This document shows, piece after piece, positions 19,301 to 28,701 of a stretch of DNA of 64,000 bases; the first letter of the stretch is position 1, and the number at the start of each line of letters is the position of its first letter. Under the pieces are notes generated by a model. The model had not been told where the DNA came from. It saw nothing but the letters and a program-made list of their open reading frames with translations, and did not search any database. Location: IMG/VR virus record IMGVR_UViG_3300037119_003505, positions 3,733 through 67,732 of that record. One strand, written 5' to 3'. The translations under genes were made by a program, and so were the position numbers. This DNA is from a virus.

Positions 19301-20812
19301 TGCTTCGTTGAGCGCTGCGTCTCCAATGGTTCCGTTGTCGCGCCGCATCCTCCATGACGCGAGCGCGAGTCGCCGCGCCTCCATCGTGTCGAGATACGTC
19401 TTGGCGTTCTTGTACGCCCCAATGCCGCCGATGGCTGCGCCCAGCCCGATGTCCATACCGAACTTACCGAGCGGTGCGCCCGTGCGCTTGCCGGTCTTGT
19501 AGTCCATCGGACCCAGCATGTCGTCCTTGAGCTGATCGGTGAACGACTTGTGGCCGTGCAGCATCGCGTCCGCCACTTCGACGGCTCGCATCGAAGCGAA
19601 GTTTGCCGCGCCGGCCCCAAGTGCGCCGCCTGCTGTGGCGACGTATGGGTTGTACTTGAGCTTCGGTGCCAGCATGGGCATCAGTCGCTTGCCTACGAGG
19701 TTGCCGGTCGCCTTGCCGACGACGTGCATCAGCGCCAGCTTCGCGGACTCAATCGCCATGTCCTTGAGGTAGCCTTTCTCCAATGGGCTGAAGGTCGTGC
19801 CGTGCTTGGCGCTGGCGATGTTGGCCGCTGCGGTCGTGGTGGTGAGGACGGCTTCAAGGTTCTTGAGGCGTTTCGCCGCCTTGAGGGTCTGTGCGGCTTT
19901 GCTGGCGACACTGACGTATCGAACACCCTTCACTGTCGAGCCGACAACTTTTGCCAGTCCGCCGAATCCAGAGACAGCACCCACAAGGTCGCCCGTCATG
20001 GCGGCATAGGGATGCTGTTCCTGAATCTGCTGTGCCCAGTAGTCGCGGATTGCCGCCACGTACGCGGCCTGCTTGGGATCGGACGGGTCGTAGTTGGCGG
20101 TCGTGAGTTTGGAGAAGATGTTTTGGACGTTTCGGCCGAGCAACGATGTCGCGAGTGAAGCGGCGGAGGTTGTCCATCGGTCTGCCGTCACGGACGCCGA
20201 ACTCACGTTCTTGTTGGCGTACTTCCGAAGCTCAGTCTCGATCTCGTTCGCGCTCTTGTTCAGCCATCCGGTCTTTCCGGTCACGTCACCCGGCAGCCCT
20301 GACTGCGCGGCCACAGGTGCGCCTTTCTTGAACGCATCGGAATGCAGCGCTGCGGTGTAGGCGTCGTACCATTGCTTCGCCACGGGCTTTTTGTCTGGCG
20401 TCAGGTCTTTGATGTCAGGATGCGACTCGTCCATCGCGGCCTCCTGTTCCGCTGCGGTCATCGGGCGGTCGCCGTTCGCGATCATCTGCTGCGCGGTGTC
20501 GTGCTGTTGCTGATACAAGCTGCGGATGTGCGAGATCACGGGCGCGGGCACGTTCTGGTCGTGCAGCGAATCCAGTTCCGCGTCCTTCTGCTGGTGCCAC
20601 GCAGTCATGGCCTTTGCCTGCCAGTCCTTCGGTCTCTCGGCGAAGAGACGGTTTTGCATCAGTTCATCGAAGCTGTTCAGGCCGGTAGTGGCGACTTCCT
20701 CTGGATCGATCTGCGGCTCCGGTGGTGCAGCGGCATTGAAGACAGTCGGCCCCACGGATGGGGTGGACTGCGGCTTGGGTAGCGCTTCAGGTTCGGGTGC
20801 GTACTCGACCAT
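13295..20812 (-). CDS. Giant 2505-aa internal virion/ejection (large polyvalent-like) protein
   Basis: Size, Ala/Lys/Glu-rich coils, position after two other low-complexity virion genes; no catalytic motif recognised. Confidence 0.7.
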   Translation of the reverse strand: MVEYAPEPEALPKPQSTPSVGPTVFNAAAPPEPQIDPEEVATTGLNSFDELMQNRLFAERPKDWQAKAMTAWHQQKDAELDSLHDQNVPAPVISHIRSLYQQQHDTAQQMIANGDRPMTAAEQEAAMDESHPDIKDLTPDKKPVAKQWYDAYTAALHSDAFKKGAPVAAQSGLPGDVTGKTGWLNKSANEIETELRKYANKNVSSASVTADRWTTSAASLATSLLGRNVQNIFSKLTTANYDPSDPKQAAYVAAIRDYWAQQIQEQHPYAAMTGDLVGAVSGFGGLAKVVGSTVKGVRYVSVASKAAQTLKAAKRLKNLEAVLTTTTAAANIASAKHGTTFSPLEKGYLKDMAIESAKLALMHVVGKATGNLVGKRLMPMLAPKLKYNPYVATAGGALGAGAANFASMRAVEVADAMLHGHKSFTDQLKDDMLGPMDYKTGKRTGAPLGKFGMDIGLGAAIGGIGAYKNAKTYLDTMEARRLALASWRMRRDNGTIGDAALNEATQRVDDVFTKGMKPKERESFLDDADMYAEFRDEAVKAEPHIAAAEASYQAAEASKEAAQQARDDGFVQTAEQHDIGAELHEQTGDAHAETAQAEIITAVSAAIKRLETKIKQKAEKKAAEPESKKPDEAKTESVQALPKTDSAVPESKVAKPLETPSPQPPAPVEAPLPERTPEPIAATKAQATEAPVEAAGTASATDALPKPTESVAAPTPAQEAVQPSKIIPSASVEVTLRKGSNKAHKATVLDVQGDSVQVKFDKSVSFKGGETQSVPLGNVMLPKAARTRALNEQQFEGMKPEDRKRIKKDATEFKKLVTAHPELGFYLPHSLGMEGTAAEIAQKQHRRLAIEDAMKALGGDPATLHADDSIAQSELLPKLRNMVDKSKSEMAKQQAHDEAVAAMEPDTLGEEFLLDPEDAWPSLDTPEKANDYILVHDAAKPVETAKLPLRETGAASSEQRADTQGQADASEVAATGGEVAPTTYINGDKAEYTGETREIAGGTFHVVKFLEGLRAGKEGVTQRGPDGVSPNDARAKAEWQRQQEDARKIAAAQKAEAGGFKTQDDTAFAGKTPQELLALAAPYTQYGPDYNRNIATSVDRLRQSVERGDKFTQLNADELAVRLEKWGTPEMSIGDAKKTPEQLEAERVADEAAKAELQKEQDFRLAQSRRLLAKDDIRPEVDMFAPPDPQADIFDKPGAIDAAIARLQAAKKKPTDTLQISIFPGLDPASFRAIWNTGIDIAIGVLKATRSVARAIAAALEHFRSTGHQMDETAAKEALESHLLPSAATPQDRPMPSNSNEPSPGRLRPLSSRETGAVVNPLKGVREPRVTATKNEIVDEERVARGLPPMMTALRQSHPEVWDAAMMELERNPMAGEKLVAEINGKPRTVTATEEAIMLRHKIDVQNAFYREMDVVNDPESSPQAKASAQLESAVLLDRMNDIDNATKAAGTEWGRLGVFRQQLAREDYTLVDMLNKRRAALGGEPLTQAETDYVTKLNERIVKLEQQHEQDLRNREVELERVKNEAIDEAIKRMKAEQERTDPMAQSIYQRIKKGLHSEAEKARERIRERLGKASAGIDPTVLYDVSIIGADKLLTVGENFVKWSAAMLEDLGDFIKPHLDEAFEKSKKFLDDTVDANVPKPDRPKVKRTAKKDQTVEEKKQDVLDSLKRKADTPEAIGGYIQKLAKLFVAQGITEREALVTAVHDAVKPILPESTNREIRDAISGYGDYHELSKDEISVKLRDLKGQLQQVSKLDDMLKEGKLPSKTGVERREPSADERTLIKEVNRVKKELGLEATDENQLKSARDAIKSRLRNELEELQRALETKQRIPSNKRTLEDDAETAQLRRDVRAKRKEYTDMLGIDTAAIEGAKEDALKKSIAALEQQIATGELEPSPGTPTADTAEVSALKSRRDALLKQKAAIRKPGIESDALDQRIDALEKKIAAGDLSAKVSAKRTDTPENAEKRAKLAELNKQLADMRKAAKPKLTPDQVALKIWKSRAEKRLADLLDRTARSDFSKKPRKTVTLDAAANATKAKIEAAKLEFDRANHKAQQANRTGWEKLLDIIPKASRFNLLTSPVTLAKLTAAAAWRAVFTPIEDLVGAGLSKIPGLDAIAAASPRHSGFNTSAQIAAITKGITKGGKDAWDLLTKGESEFEVLSGKRRIEDHDWWEIPGRIHGALKSTTKRGEYERALQMRIEFAANHGVDVTDPNVLTKLQVDSYKDAQRAIFMHDNALVSRYQRFVRSLGEPDKITGKVNRGMKLLQTALKTTFPIVKIPTNIVAEAFDYIAGHLVGGFKVRRAFKEGISNLKPEEADTIMRQLKKGSVGSALLLAGYLLPQFIGGYYQRGKKQDDDLKAGDVKAGDSTVSHTLLHNPAIEMLQVGATVRKVAESKARKADSETQGMGAGIYASAVGLADQIPFIKEMTNISTAMSPNDRHKYWGELARSRIEPALLQWIAKQIDKDENSEPVKRQTETLTEYLKSGIPGLRNTLDEKRSRRGR

Positions 20813-22194
20813 TACGCATCAGTGGTGGACTTCTCCGGTTCCACCGTCAACCTTGGTTCCTCTGCGTGCGGCACGATGAAGGGCTTCACGCCTTGCGCGA
20901 TGGATGCGTGAACCTGCTGGATCTCGGGTTCCAGCATCCCGCCTGCGGACAGCGCTGTGTTGAGCGCTTCGGTGGACGACTCAACGTTGCCGCCGTCCGC
21001 CTTCACGGTCTCCATGTGGCTGTCCAGTGCCTCCGTGGCGGCAGCGTGATGATCCGCGACAGTCGGGGCTGTTGGTTCAGCGCTGGATGTCGGCATGAAC
21101 TTCTTTAGGAATTCGTCCGTCTCCGATGCGGGCTTCGATTTCGGAGCGGTGACAGGGGTTGCTGGCTTCGGAGTTTCCGTGACTGGCGCGGGCGGCGGCG
21201 GAGACTGTGTTGCGGGCTGCGCGGTTGGCTGGGCTGGCATCGGTTGCGCTGTCGTATCCAGCGTCTTAAGTTCGTCCTGAAGTTTCTGGTTTTGATTCAC
21301 CAAGTCTGCGGTCCTCGCCTTCACGTAGGCTGTGTGTCCTTCTTTTCCAGTCCAACCGTGCTGTGCGGCAATGTCGGTGTAGTTCTCGGGCCGCGTAGCC
21401 ATCGCCGTAAGCTCAGAATGATTCTTGGCGATCTGGTTGCTCAGATCGATGCGCTTCTCTTTCTTCACCCGCAATTCTTCTGCCCGATCCTTCGCCGCTT
21501 TGGCGTCTGGATCAACCGGCTTCGGTTCCGCGATGGCGACCTGTCCGGTCGGCGTGACCGTCACGGTTCCGTTCGGCACCATTGCGCGCTTGTCGGCAAT
21601 CTTCTGCTTCGCGACCGCTTGGTTCAGCCCGATGGTGTTGATGGAATGGAACGATCCATCCTTCGCATTGTATCGTGCGAATTCCCGCACCGCATCGAAT
21701 CCGATGGTTTCTTCCGCATCGCGGTACTTTGCCTGTGTGACCTTGAATCGGTCCTGAATGCTGCCGGGGCCGTGCGCGAACTTCTGTCCTTCAGGTGTTC
21801 CGGAGGCTGCCCAGTAACGGGCGTCCAGCGCTTCGAGTTCTGAATCAAAGTCCGGATCAATCGGGTTCAGGCTCGCGACCGCGATCTTGTACGGCCCCAT
21901 CTGCGCGAGCGCGTTCAGCTTTTGTTCCGCCTGAAGATGATCGCCGATGGCCTTCTCTGCCGCAGCTTCCTGTCGCGCCGCCCACTCGATTTTCTGCTGC
22001 GCAAATTTCTGCTGCGCAAACGCGCGCGCTTCCTGCCTGTCCTTTTCCACCTGAGCCTCGCGCTTCACTTCGTCGTCGTGACGCTTCGCCCTGTCGTCTG
22101 CTTCTCGGATGCGTTCCGCGAGCGCGCCGTTGTTGCCGTTGTTTCCGAACGGGGCGACCGGAAGCCTGCGGGCCATTGTGAATTTTTGCGCCAT
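20812..22194 (-). CDS. Putative ejection/internal virion protein
   Basis: Coiled coil plus Pro/Thr/Ala-rich linker; abuts neighbouring genes. Confidence 0.55.
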   Translation of the reverse strand: MAQKFTMARRLPVAPFGNNGNNGALAERIREADDRAKRHDDEVKREAQVEKDRQEARAFAQQKFAQQKIEWAARQEAAAEKAIGDHLQAEQKLNALAQMGPYKIAVASLNPIDPDFDSELEALDARYWAASGTPEGQKFAHGPGSIQDRFKVTQAKYRDAEETIGFDAVREFARYNAKDGSFHSINTIGLNQAVAKQKIADKRAMVPNGTVTVTPTGQVAIAEPKPVDPDAKAAKDRAEELRVKKEKRIDLSNQIAKNHSELTAMATRPENYTDIAAQHGWTGKEGHTAYVKARTADLVNQNQKLQDELKTLDTTAQPMPAQPTAQPATQSPPPPAPVTETPKPATPVTAPKSKPASETDEFLKKFMPTSSAEPTAPTVADHHAAATEALDSHMETVKADGGNVESSTEALNTALSAGGMLEPEIQQVHASIAQGVKPFIVPHAEEPRLTVEPEKSTTDA

Positions 22195-23360
22195 TAGGAT
22201 TCAGGGATAATGGGTTTCGGAAGCTGTCCCGGCATCGCGTCTGGAAACAATGGATCAAACCCAGGCAACTGAAGATTGGCGTTGGCGACGGGCGCGACCG
22301 GGTTTGCGGCTGGCAACGATGGTCCGCTTGTAGCGAACCCAACGATCTTGCCGTCCTTGCTGGCGGTGCGGATGGTGTTGGAAGGCAGCGGTGAAAATGG
22401 AGTTCCAGTGCCGGCACCAACTGCTTCCGCAGTTTGGTCTGGAGTCCACCATTGGCCGACTGGCGGGATGCCGAGTTCGCCGCGCAGCAGCGTAGCGCGA
22501 TCCTCCGGAGTCGCATCCGCCCACTTGCCTGCAAAGTGATGATTCAGAATGTCACCACTGCCGAGCGGCCTGCTCATGTCCACCCAGTTGCCGGTTCCGG
22601 GATTCCCGTCCTTTCCAATCCCGCGCTCCTGATAGACTCCATTCTCGGTGCGGGTCTTCGCGGTGTCATCCGCAGTCCATGTTTTCGGAAACAGTTTTGC
22701 CCATTCCTCATCACTGCTAAGTCCGGAACGCTGCTTTGGCGCGGTATCGCCCCATTCGGTTCGGAACTGATCCTTCATGCCCTCTGGGATGCGCGCCGGG
22801 TTTCCGCCGACGTTCTTTGGCGCGGCGCTGAACCATCCGTCCGGCAACACGCCGCCGTTATTGTTCGCCTTGTTGGCTCGCGCCTCGTGCCACTTCGACC
22901 ATAGTTCCTTGTCGGGTTCTTGTGGCTCTGCCTTTTTTCCAGCTTTCTCATCTGCCAACTTTTTGTCCTGCGCGCGGATGAAATCTGAGATTTCACCCGG
23001 AGTGCGTCGGACAAGTTCGCCGTTGACGATCTTCCAGTGCATGTTGTCCTGACCGCCCGGCGGCTTGGGCGCAAACGGATCGTCCTTCGTACCTACCTCT
23101 GGATTTTGTTTCTGAGGAATCTGCACCGATGGTTCCGGTTTGATGATGCCGCGCAGCTTCATTGCATCCGCGTGCCCGATTGTCCCGTCGCCTGTCGGCG
23201 CTGACGGCAGCGCGCCCCATCCCGTTGAAGCAACGCCGCTCGACTTAACCTCCGGATCGTTGTTTGGTTCGCCGAGTGCCGAATTGTAACCGCGCACATT
23301 CGCGAGGGCTGATGGACGTTTAAGTTTTCCCATCGTTACATTCCTGGGGAAGACGGCCAC
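22194..23360 (-). CDS. Putative ejection/internal virion protein
   Basis: Gly/Pro-rich; first of three consecutive ejection-type genes. Confidence 0.5.
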   Translation of the reverse strand: MAVFPRNVTMGKLKRPSALANVRGYNSALGEPNNDPEVKSSGVASTGWGALPSAPTGDGTIGHADAMKLRGIIKPEPSVQIPQKQNPEVGTKDDPFAPKPPGGQDNMHWKIVNGELVRRTPGEISDFIRAQDKKLADEKAGKKAEPQEPDKELWSKWHEARANKANNNGGVLPDGWFSAAPKNVGGNPARIPEGMKDQFRTEWGDTAPKQRSGLSSDEEWAKLFPKTWTADDTAKTRTENGVYQERGIGKDGNPGTGNWVDMSRPLGSGDILNHHFAGKWADATPEDRATLLRGELGIPPVGQWWTPDQTAEAVGAGTGTPFSPLPSNTIRTASKDGKIVGFATSGPSLPAANPVAPVANANLQLPGFDPLFPDAMPGQLPKPIIPES

Positions 23361-24349
23361 GACTCAAGTTCATCCATATTCAGGAACATGGGCTGCTGCT
23401 GATTGGACGGCTGGAACTTCTCGGACTCCGCTCCCATTATCTTCATCGCCCAGTTGAAGGCATCCTGCGTGCCTTCCTTGTCCAGCGCGTTTCGGCGATC
23501 CACCCAAAGGGTCCAGTAGTAGAGGGCGTTGAAGTTCTCGATGCAGACCGGATCGTTGTCCAGTTCTGCCGCCACGTAGCGTGTACGGCACCACGCCACT
23601 GCCGCGTACGGATCGTCGCCGTTCGGGCCTTTCGGCACCTTGTATCGTCGGTACGTTGGCAGTTTCTCGCTCGGCTCGTATTCGGCGATCTTGTGCTCGT
23701 TTGTGGCCGGATTTGCGTCGTCCGGATCAATGGCGAAGACTGAGATGATTCCGTTGGTGTTGGGCTTGATGGCCTTCGTGAGTGTCGTGTAGCTGTTGGT
23801 CGTAGTGACGGTTCCCGCTGCTCCGGTCAGATCAACCGCTTCTCCAAATTGGATAATTCCTCCAACCGTTGTGCGTATAGGATTGCCACTGCCATTCAGT
23901 CCGCAAAGTCGGATAATCGACTCATCCACTTCCACTCCGCTTGCGGCGTCGGTGTAAAGTTTCAGCCGACATCCTGCCGCGTTCACGTCGCCGGGTTCTC
24001 GGAAACAGCACCATCCGTCCCCCATGTCGCAGCCTTCGCCAAGAACCGCGCAGTCGTCGGCGCTGAGGCGCGAGCCAGTACCCGCCAGCCCGAACTCGAA
24101 CCATTCGTTTCGGATCGGCAACGGCTGCCTGTTGTTCAGCAGCCCCTCGCAGACCGCGTACCGTCTCGGCAGCGTCATGATGCCGTTGTAAACCATCACG
24201 TCGATCCGCTTCATCGCGTACGGATGCCGCACGAACGTGTCGGCCATCAGGCACGCCTGATTGATGACGTTCCTGCGCTTGTTCGACGGCACAGACGCCC
24301 ATGCGTCTGTCTCTCCAAGTTGCCAGTCTGCGGATTGTAGGGTGAGCAA
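23336..24349 (-). CDS. Putative head-tail adaptor / tail tubular protein A-like
   Basis: INQA...NGIMTLPR...PIRNEWFEF pattern; position ahead of ejection genes; TTG start. Confidence 0.5.
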   Translation of the reverse strand: MLTLQSADWQLGETDAWASVPSNKRRNVINQACLMADTFVRHPYAMKRIDVMVYNGIMTLPRRYAVCEGLLNNRQPLPIRNEWFEFGLAGTGSRLSADDCAVLGEGCDMGDGWCCFREPGDVNAAGCRLKLYTDAASGVEVDESIIRLCGLNGSGNPIRTTVGGIIQFGEAVDLTGAAGTVTTTNSYTTLTKAIKPNTNGIISVFAIDPDDANPATNEHKIAEYEPSEKLPTYRRYKVPKGPNGDDPYAAVAWCRTRYVAAELDNDPVCIENFNALYYWTLWVDRRNALDKEGTQDAFNWAMKIMGAESEKFQPSNQQQPMFLNMDELESWPSSPGM

Positions 24350-24405
24350 GGTTCGTCGAGGTGGCCGACGAAGCGCTTGGTCGGAAGGTTTGCAGCTTCG
24401 GCGCG

Positions 24406-24434
24406 ACTCTATGGAGTCTGTGCGGCGGTGTCAA
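24406..24434 (-). promoter_or_regulatory. Sigma70-type promoter TTGACA-N17-TAGAGT
   Basis: Perfect -35 and 17-bp spacing upstream of the adaptor/ejection operon. Confidence 0.7.
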
Positions 24435-25300
24435 CCACGAATGAACAGCGCGCCTTCGTTCGTGGACTGCTCTGCGAATTTCTTCCACGCAACGGCGTTA
24501 TTCGGAAAACTCATCTCCGCCATCAGCATCAGTGCTTCCTTGAAGTTGGCGTTGACGATCAGCGCCTTCATGCACGCATCCCTTGCTTCGGAGCCTCGTT
24601 TTTCGAGCCAAAGAATCTTGGCGATGTAGAGCCATGCGTCCGCCTTCTCGGCTGGAAACTTGCTGTGCTGAGTGCATCTCAAGAATAATTTACCGGCGTT
24701 GGCATAATCCTTCCGGTACCAGTATTCACGGGCGAGGTAGTAAAGGTTTCGCGCGTGATCTGGATTGAGCGCAACCTGCTTGGAAAGAATTCGGATGTAT
24801 CGATCCGGATCGAGTTTGTGTGCAGGGCTGTAGAGACATTCGCGCCGTAAACTGCCCCTCATTCCGTTTAGGATACTTTGATTCTCAAACAGGTTTTCGT
24901 GCGCCTCGCCCATCCAATGGATACTTGGCAGATTTTTCCACAGCACCGTGCGCCAGCGTTGCGCTTGATCTTGCAGTGCGATGGCATTGCATCTGGCCTC
25001 TTCGGCGCGGACAATCTCAGTCTTTATTTCAGCAATGCTGGAGATGATCCTGTGATCGGCGTCAAGACTCAGAACCCAATCACCCGTAGCCCGCGCCTTT
25101 GCACTGTTTCTAGATGCGCTGAAATCATCCGTCCAAGGCTCTGAAAATACGAGTGATGTAAACTTGCGCGCGATCTTCTGTGTGGAGTCGGTGCTGCCAG
25201 TGTCCACCACCACAATCTCGTCCGTCTTGCGAACGCTTTTCAGCGCGCCCTCAATCATCTCTCCCTCGTCCTTCGCGATCATGACAACCGAAAGCCTCAT
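24431..25300 (-). CDS. GT2 glycosyltransferase with C-terminal TPRs (SunS/SgtA-like)
   Basis: [36 protein letters not shown]; TPR-like RNLYYLARE...AWLYIAK. Confidence 0.9.
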   Translation of the reverse strand: MRLSVVMIAKDEGEMIEGALKSVRKTDEIVVVDTGSTDSTQKIARKFTSLVFSEPWTDDFSASRNSAKARATGDWVLSLDADHRIISSIAEIKTEIVRAEEARCNAIALQDQAQRWRTVLWKNLPSIHWMGEAHENLFENQSILNGMRGSLRRECLYSPAHKLDPDRYIRILSKQVALNPDHARNLYYLAREYWYRKDYANAGKLFLRCTQHSKFPAEKADAWLYIAKILWLEKRGSEARDACMKALIVNANFKEALMLMAEMSFPNNAVAWKKFAEQSTNEGALFIRG

Positions 25301-25887
25301 ACTCCAGGCCAAAACACTATGAGGGATTGAGTAGCGCCGTCCCAGTCCAAGTAATGCAGATTGATTTGCGGCGGTTCAAACGGCGGCCCGGTCGGACCTA
25401 TGGGGCCAGTGGGTCCGGTTGGTCCCGTAGGACCAGTCGGCCCTGTTGGACCGTCTAATCCCGTTGGTCCCGTAGGGCCATCGTCACCAGTCGGACCTGT
25501 CTCACCAGTCGGACCCGTGGGACCGTCGCCACCCGGAGTTCCGGCTGTGCCTTGCTGCCCGTCCTTGCCAGGTCCCGGAACCTCACCCATCGGCCACACC
25601 GGAGGTACGTAGGGCGTAACTGACGGCGCGAATGACGGCATTCGGCTCTCAAGCGGTCTCGTCTGTGGGCCTTCTTTCCAAGACGGAACCGCGTTACGCA
25701 TCGCCTCGGCAAGACCGTCCAGCGTGACGGCTGGAGCGTTCTTGCTCGGCGTCGGGTTCGGCTGCCGCTGCATGTCCTTGAGCTTGTCGAGCGCGGATCG
25801 CTGATCCAGCTTTGCGAGCGCCTTCTCGGCATCACGCGCAGTTTTGCGCTGTGCCGCTTTCTCAGGAGTCCATTGTGCGTCCGGCAT
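25297..25887 (-). CDS. Collagen-like (GPT-rich) protein, probably virion fibre/decoration
   Basis: About 21 uninterrupted Gly-X-Y triplets, mostly GPT. Confidence 0.8.
   Translation of the reverse strand: MPDAQWTPEKAAQRKTARDAEKALAKLDQRSALDKLKDMQRQPNPTPSKNAPAVTLDGLAEAMRNAVPSWKEGPQTRPLESRMPSFAPSVTPYVPPVWPMGEVPGPGKDGQQGTAGTPGGDGPTGPTGETGPTGDDGPTGPTGLDGPTGPTGPTGPTGPTGPIGPTGPPFEPPQINLHYLDWDGATQSLIVFWPGV
25381..25569 (-). repeat. Gly-X-Y collagen repeat (9-bp degenerate tandem)
   Basis: [39 protein letters not shown] (GPT)n GPI GPT GPP read from DNA. Confidence 0.9.
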
Positions 25888-25888
25888 C

Positions 25889-27652
25889 TTATGGGTAAGG
25901 GTAAAGCCCCTCGATGATGGTGTACTCCCACAGCTTGAACCCTACCTGCCGATGTGTGATCTCAAACACCACCCATTCGTCAAACGGCGGAATTGTCTGA
26001 GTTGGGGTTGCGGGAAGCGAGGCGGTGTAGAAGCCGCCGTCGTAGAAAACGGAGCTTCCGTACAGCCCAACCGTGATCTCTGGATGGATGGTTTCGGGGA
26101 TCGTCCATGTCCTTGAGTCGCTGATCGGCACACCGTCGATCCGAACAGACGCAAATCCCGCCACGATGGTGTCGGCCCGCTTGAGCCACTTCTTGATGGT
26201 CGGCAGGCCGGCGAAGAAGTTCGCACTGGTGGGGTCGGAGGTGTAGCGTTTCGTGAAGCGCGCCACACACGGACCCCGGTACGCCTGCTTGATGTACGCC
26301 CCCATCGCGATGCTGGCCGAATAGCCTGCTGATTCGGCCCGATAGAGCGTCACGGCCTCCAGCACGTCGGGCCAGTAGTTGTAAACGTGCAGCCCGTAGC
26401 TCAGGATGTCGAAGCGGTTGTCCAGATTGATCATCCAGTCAAGATTCCGCCAGTCCCGTTCCGACACGATCCGGATGCTGCGCAGCCCGTCCATCCCCAT
26501 CGGCTTGTACTCGATCTGCACCTCGGAACCGCCCGTGAAGGCTGCCGTCATCTCGGCAGTCAGGAGCGCCGGAGTGGCCGGCATGGCGGATTGCGCGATG
26601 ATCTGTTTGGTCGTGCGGGCTGCCCGAAAGGTCGTCTGATCCACGTCGCTCTCGGGAATCAACGGCCCATAGACCGGCTCGTAGATGCGGATCAGCGCGA
26701 CGATCTTTTCCTTCTCTCGCTCGTAGGATTGGTCGAGAAGTTTCAGGTAGTATCCGACCGTGAAGGTCAGGCTGCTGTGCGTCCCTGTGGCGGCTGCACT
26801 GAGGACAAAAACAGTCCCGCTGGTGATGCTGACGACGGTTGCGCCTACCGGGATGTCGGTGCCGGTAATCAAAGCTCCGGGATACAGCCTGGCGGTGGAG
26901 GCGACCGTGACGGACGTGGTGCCGTTGGTTGCGCCTCCAGTCAGCGGCGTGGTGTCACCGAACACCGCTGTCGTGTAGCCGGGAATCGGACAGGTTGTTG
27001 TGAGGGGTGTTGCTGGAACTTCGGAGTTGCACGGGACGCGCCATGTAACACGAGGCCAGTTAATCAGGCCGTACGGGTAATCGGTTTTTGTGCCGAACAA
27101 TTTAGCGGCAGCGAGGTCGCCAGAGTCCGACAAATCCGGCACCTCCATGAAGACGCGCGTGACCTTGATGAACAGGCTTTGCAACACCTTGTCGTCCACG
27201 TCTTCCTCCTTGTCCGGAAGCACCAGGATGCAGCCCGGAAACATTGCCTCGCTGTCGCCGTTCTTGAGTCCCGGATCTGCGGTGCCGAGCGCGAGCGGTC
27301 CATCTTCAAGATACTGCTCGCGCGGGTAAACGTACGTCCGTGTGATATGCGGGAACGCATTGCTGCCGGTCGGATAATCGACGGTGAAGTTGTAGTCATC
27401 CTGACGCTCCCGGTCTTTCGCGTAAACGATGATTGACCATCCATCGCCAACTTCCTTGTCCGGTGCGATGAGGCAAACCTTGTGCTCGGGCCACTCTATC
27501 CGGTACTTTTCAGGAACTTGGTCTCCATACTGCGGAAACTTGTAGCCTTGCCCGAACGTCTGAACCCGTTCGTAGAGGTAAACGTCCTCTATGGTCGGGG
27601 TGGAGAAAGTTGCCTGAAAGAGCTTCCCAGGCACCGGAACGGTCTGCGGCAT
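25889..27652 (-). CDS. Virion structural (tail) protein with inserted Thr/Gly-rich beta module
   Basis: 587 aa at the head of the virion operon; [35 protein letters not shown] module typical of fibre/surface proteins. Confidence 0.55.
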   Translation of the reverse strand: MPQTVPVPGKLFQATFSTPTIEDVYLYERVQTFGQGYKFPQYGDQVPEKYRIEWPEHKVCLIAPDKEVGDGWSIIVYAKDRERQDDYNFTVDYPTGSNAFPHITRTYVYPREQYLEDGPLALGTADPGLKNGDSEAMFPGCILVLPDKEEDVDDKVLQSLFIKVTRVFMEVPDLSDSGDLAAAKLFGTKTDYPYGLINWPRVTWRVPCNSEVPATPLTTTCPIPGYTTAVFGDTTPLTGGATNGTTSVTVASTARLYPGALITGTDIPVGATVVSITSGTVFVLSAAATGTHSSLTFTVGYYLKLLDQSYEREKEKIVALIRIYEPVYGPLIPESDVDQTTFRAARTTKQIIAQSAMPATPALLTAEMTAAFTGGSEVQIEYKPMGMDGLRSIRIVSERDWRNLDWMINLDNRFDILSYGLHVYNYWPDVLEAVTLYRAESAGYSASIAMGAYIKQAYRGPCVARFTKRYTSDPTSANFFAGLPTIKKWLKRADTIVAGFASVRIDGVPISDSRTWTIPETIHPEITVGLYGSSVFYDGGFYTASLPATPTQTIPPFDEWVVFEITHRQVGFKLWEYTIIEGLYPYP

Positions 27653-27691
27653 CGCGTCCCGTTACACGAACCCGCGCTGCACGTCAACGAC

Positions 27692-27877
27692 TCAGATGCA
27701 GTACTCGCAGATCCGCACCGCCCGATTCGGCTTCTGCTCGCGCAACCGGAGCTGCGCCTCAAGGAACCGCTGGCTCCGCTGTGCCGCGTCCTGTTGCTCG
27801 CGCTGATGCCGCTCCAGCGCAAGCAGCCGCACGGACTCCGCGATCACGGAGTCGGCATCTGTGGGCTGCGCGTTCAT
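27692..27877 (-). CDS. Small hypothetical protein
   Basis: ATG lies 7 nt after a TTGACA-N17-CAACCT promoter. Confidence 0.5.
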   Translation of the reverse strand: MNAQPTDADSVIAESVRLLALERHQREQQDAAQRSQRFLEAQLRLREQKPNRAVRICEYCI

Positions 27878-27884
27878 GGGGCGT

Positions 27885-27913
27885 AGGTTGGCGGGATGGT
27901 GAAGGAGTGTCAA
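27885..27913 (-). promoter_or_regulatory. Promoter TTGACA-N17-CAACCT (leaderless)
   Basis: Read from sequence; heads the virion operon. Confidence 0.6.
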
Positions 27914-27928
27914 GTGTATTTGTGGCGG

Positions 27929-28573
27929 TTATAGCATGAGGCTTTCAATCTCCCTTGCCAGTGCGAGAATCAGATTGCGAGTGCCGACACGCTGCTTTGA
28001 TTCACAAACCAACGCATGAAGCGCCTTCGGGAAGTCCTTTACCATCGAAGGCTGTGCGGATTGAACTTGAGTCATCTCCCCGTTGCCTCGCAGCTTCTTG
28101 TACACGATCAGCGCATTCGCCATCAGACTCGCTTTGTTGCGGTCGTTTTTGTACCGTTTCTTGACGAACTTTTTGAACTGGTGCCGATCCAGTCTTGCAA
28201 CAGCCTGAGCGATTTCCGGCGTAGCCGCCATGTGCGACTGAATCCTCTTTGGTTCTGACAGATTCGGCAGCGGCACCGCAACCATTCCGTCTCTCAGTAG
28301 CAGGACTGTTTTCTTGCGCAGTTCCAGTGGTATCCCAGCCCGTGAGATGTTGCCGATCTTGATGTGCTCCTCGATGCCTTCGTGACAACGGCGACAGAGC
28401 GGCATCAGGTCTTCGAGCGGTTCCTTAAAGATGCGGGCGTACGTCAGGTGGTGTACCTGCATCTCTTGCGCCGAGCCGCAGGCTTCGCATCGGTTGCCGC
28501 TTACGGTCATGGCGTTCAGGCGCTTCTCCTTCCACTCAGGGCTGTCCAGATAGTCTCGGTATTCTTGTGTCAT
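27929..28573 (-). CDS. HNH endonuclease
   Basis: YLDSPEWKEKR, CEAC, VHHLTY, LCRRCH. Confidence 0.85.
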   Translation of the reverse strand: MTQEYRDYLDSPEWKEKRLNAMTVSGNRCEACGSAQEMQVHHLTYARIFKEPLEDLMPLCRRCHEGIEEHIKIGNISRAGIPLELRKKTVLLLRDGMVAVPLPNLSEPKRIQSHMAATPEIAQAVARLDRHQFKKFVKKRYKNDRNKASLMANALIVYKKLRGNGEMTQVQSAQPSMVKDFPKALHALVCESKQRVGTRNLILALAREIESLML

Positions 28574-28701
28574 GTTACTAGAATTGAAAGTTACTCACAC
28601 CACTCGCCACGGGCACCCGCTCGCGAAGCTCGCTCTGCCTACTGCCGCAGCCAAGGACCGCCGCGAAGAACTCCCGCATTGAAGTGATTTTAAAAATGCG
28701 T

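Noticed and set aside
25381-25569. Repeat array as possible CRISPR or DGR
   Set aside because: Degenerate 9-bp coding repeat with no spacers; no reverse transcriptase or TR/VR pair seen in the window
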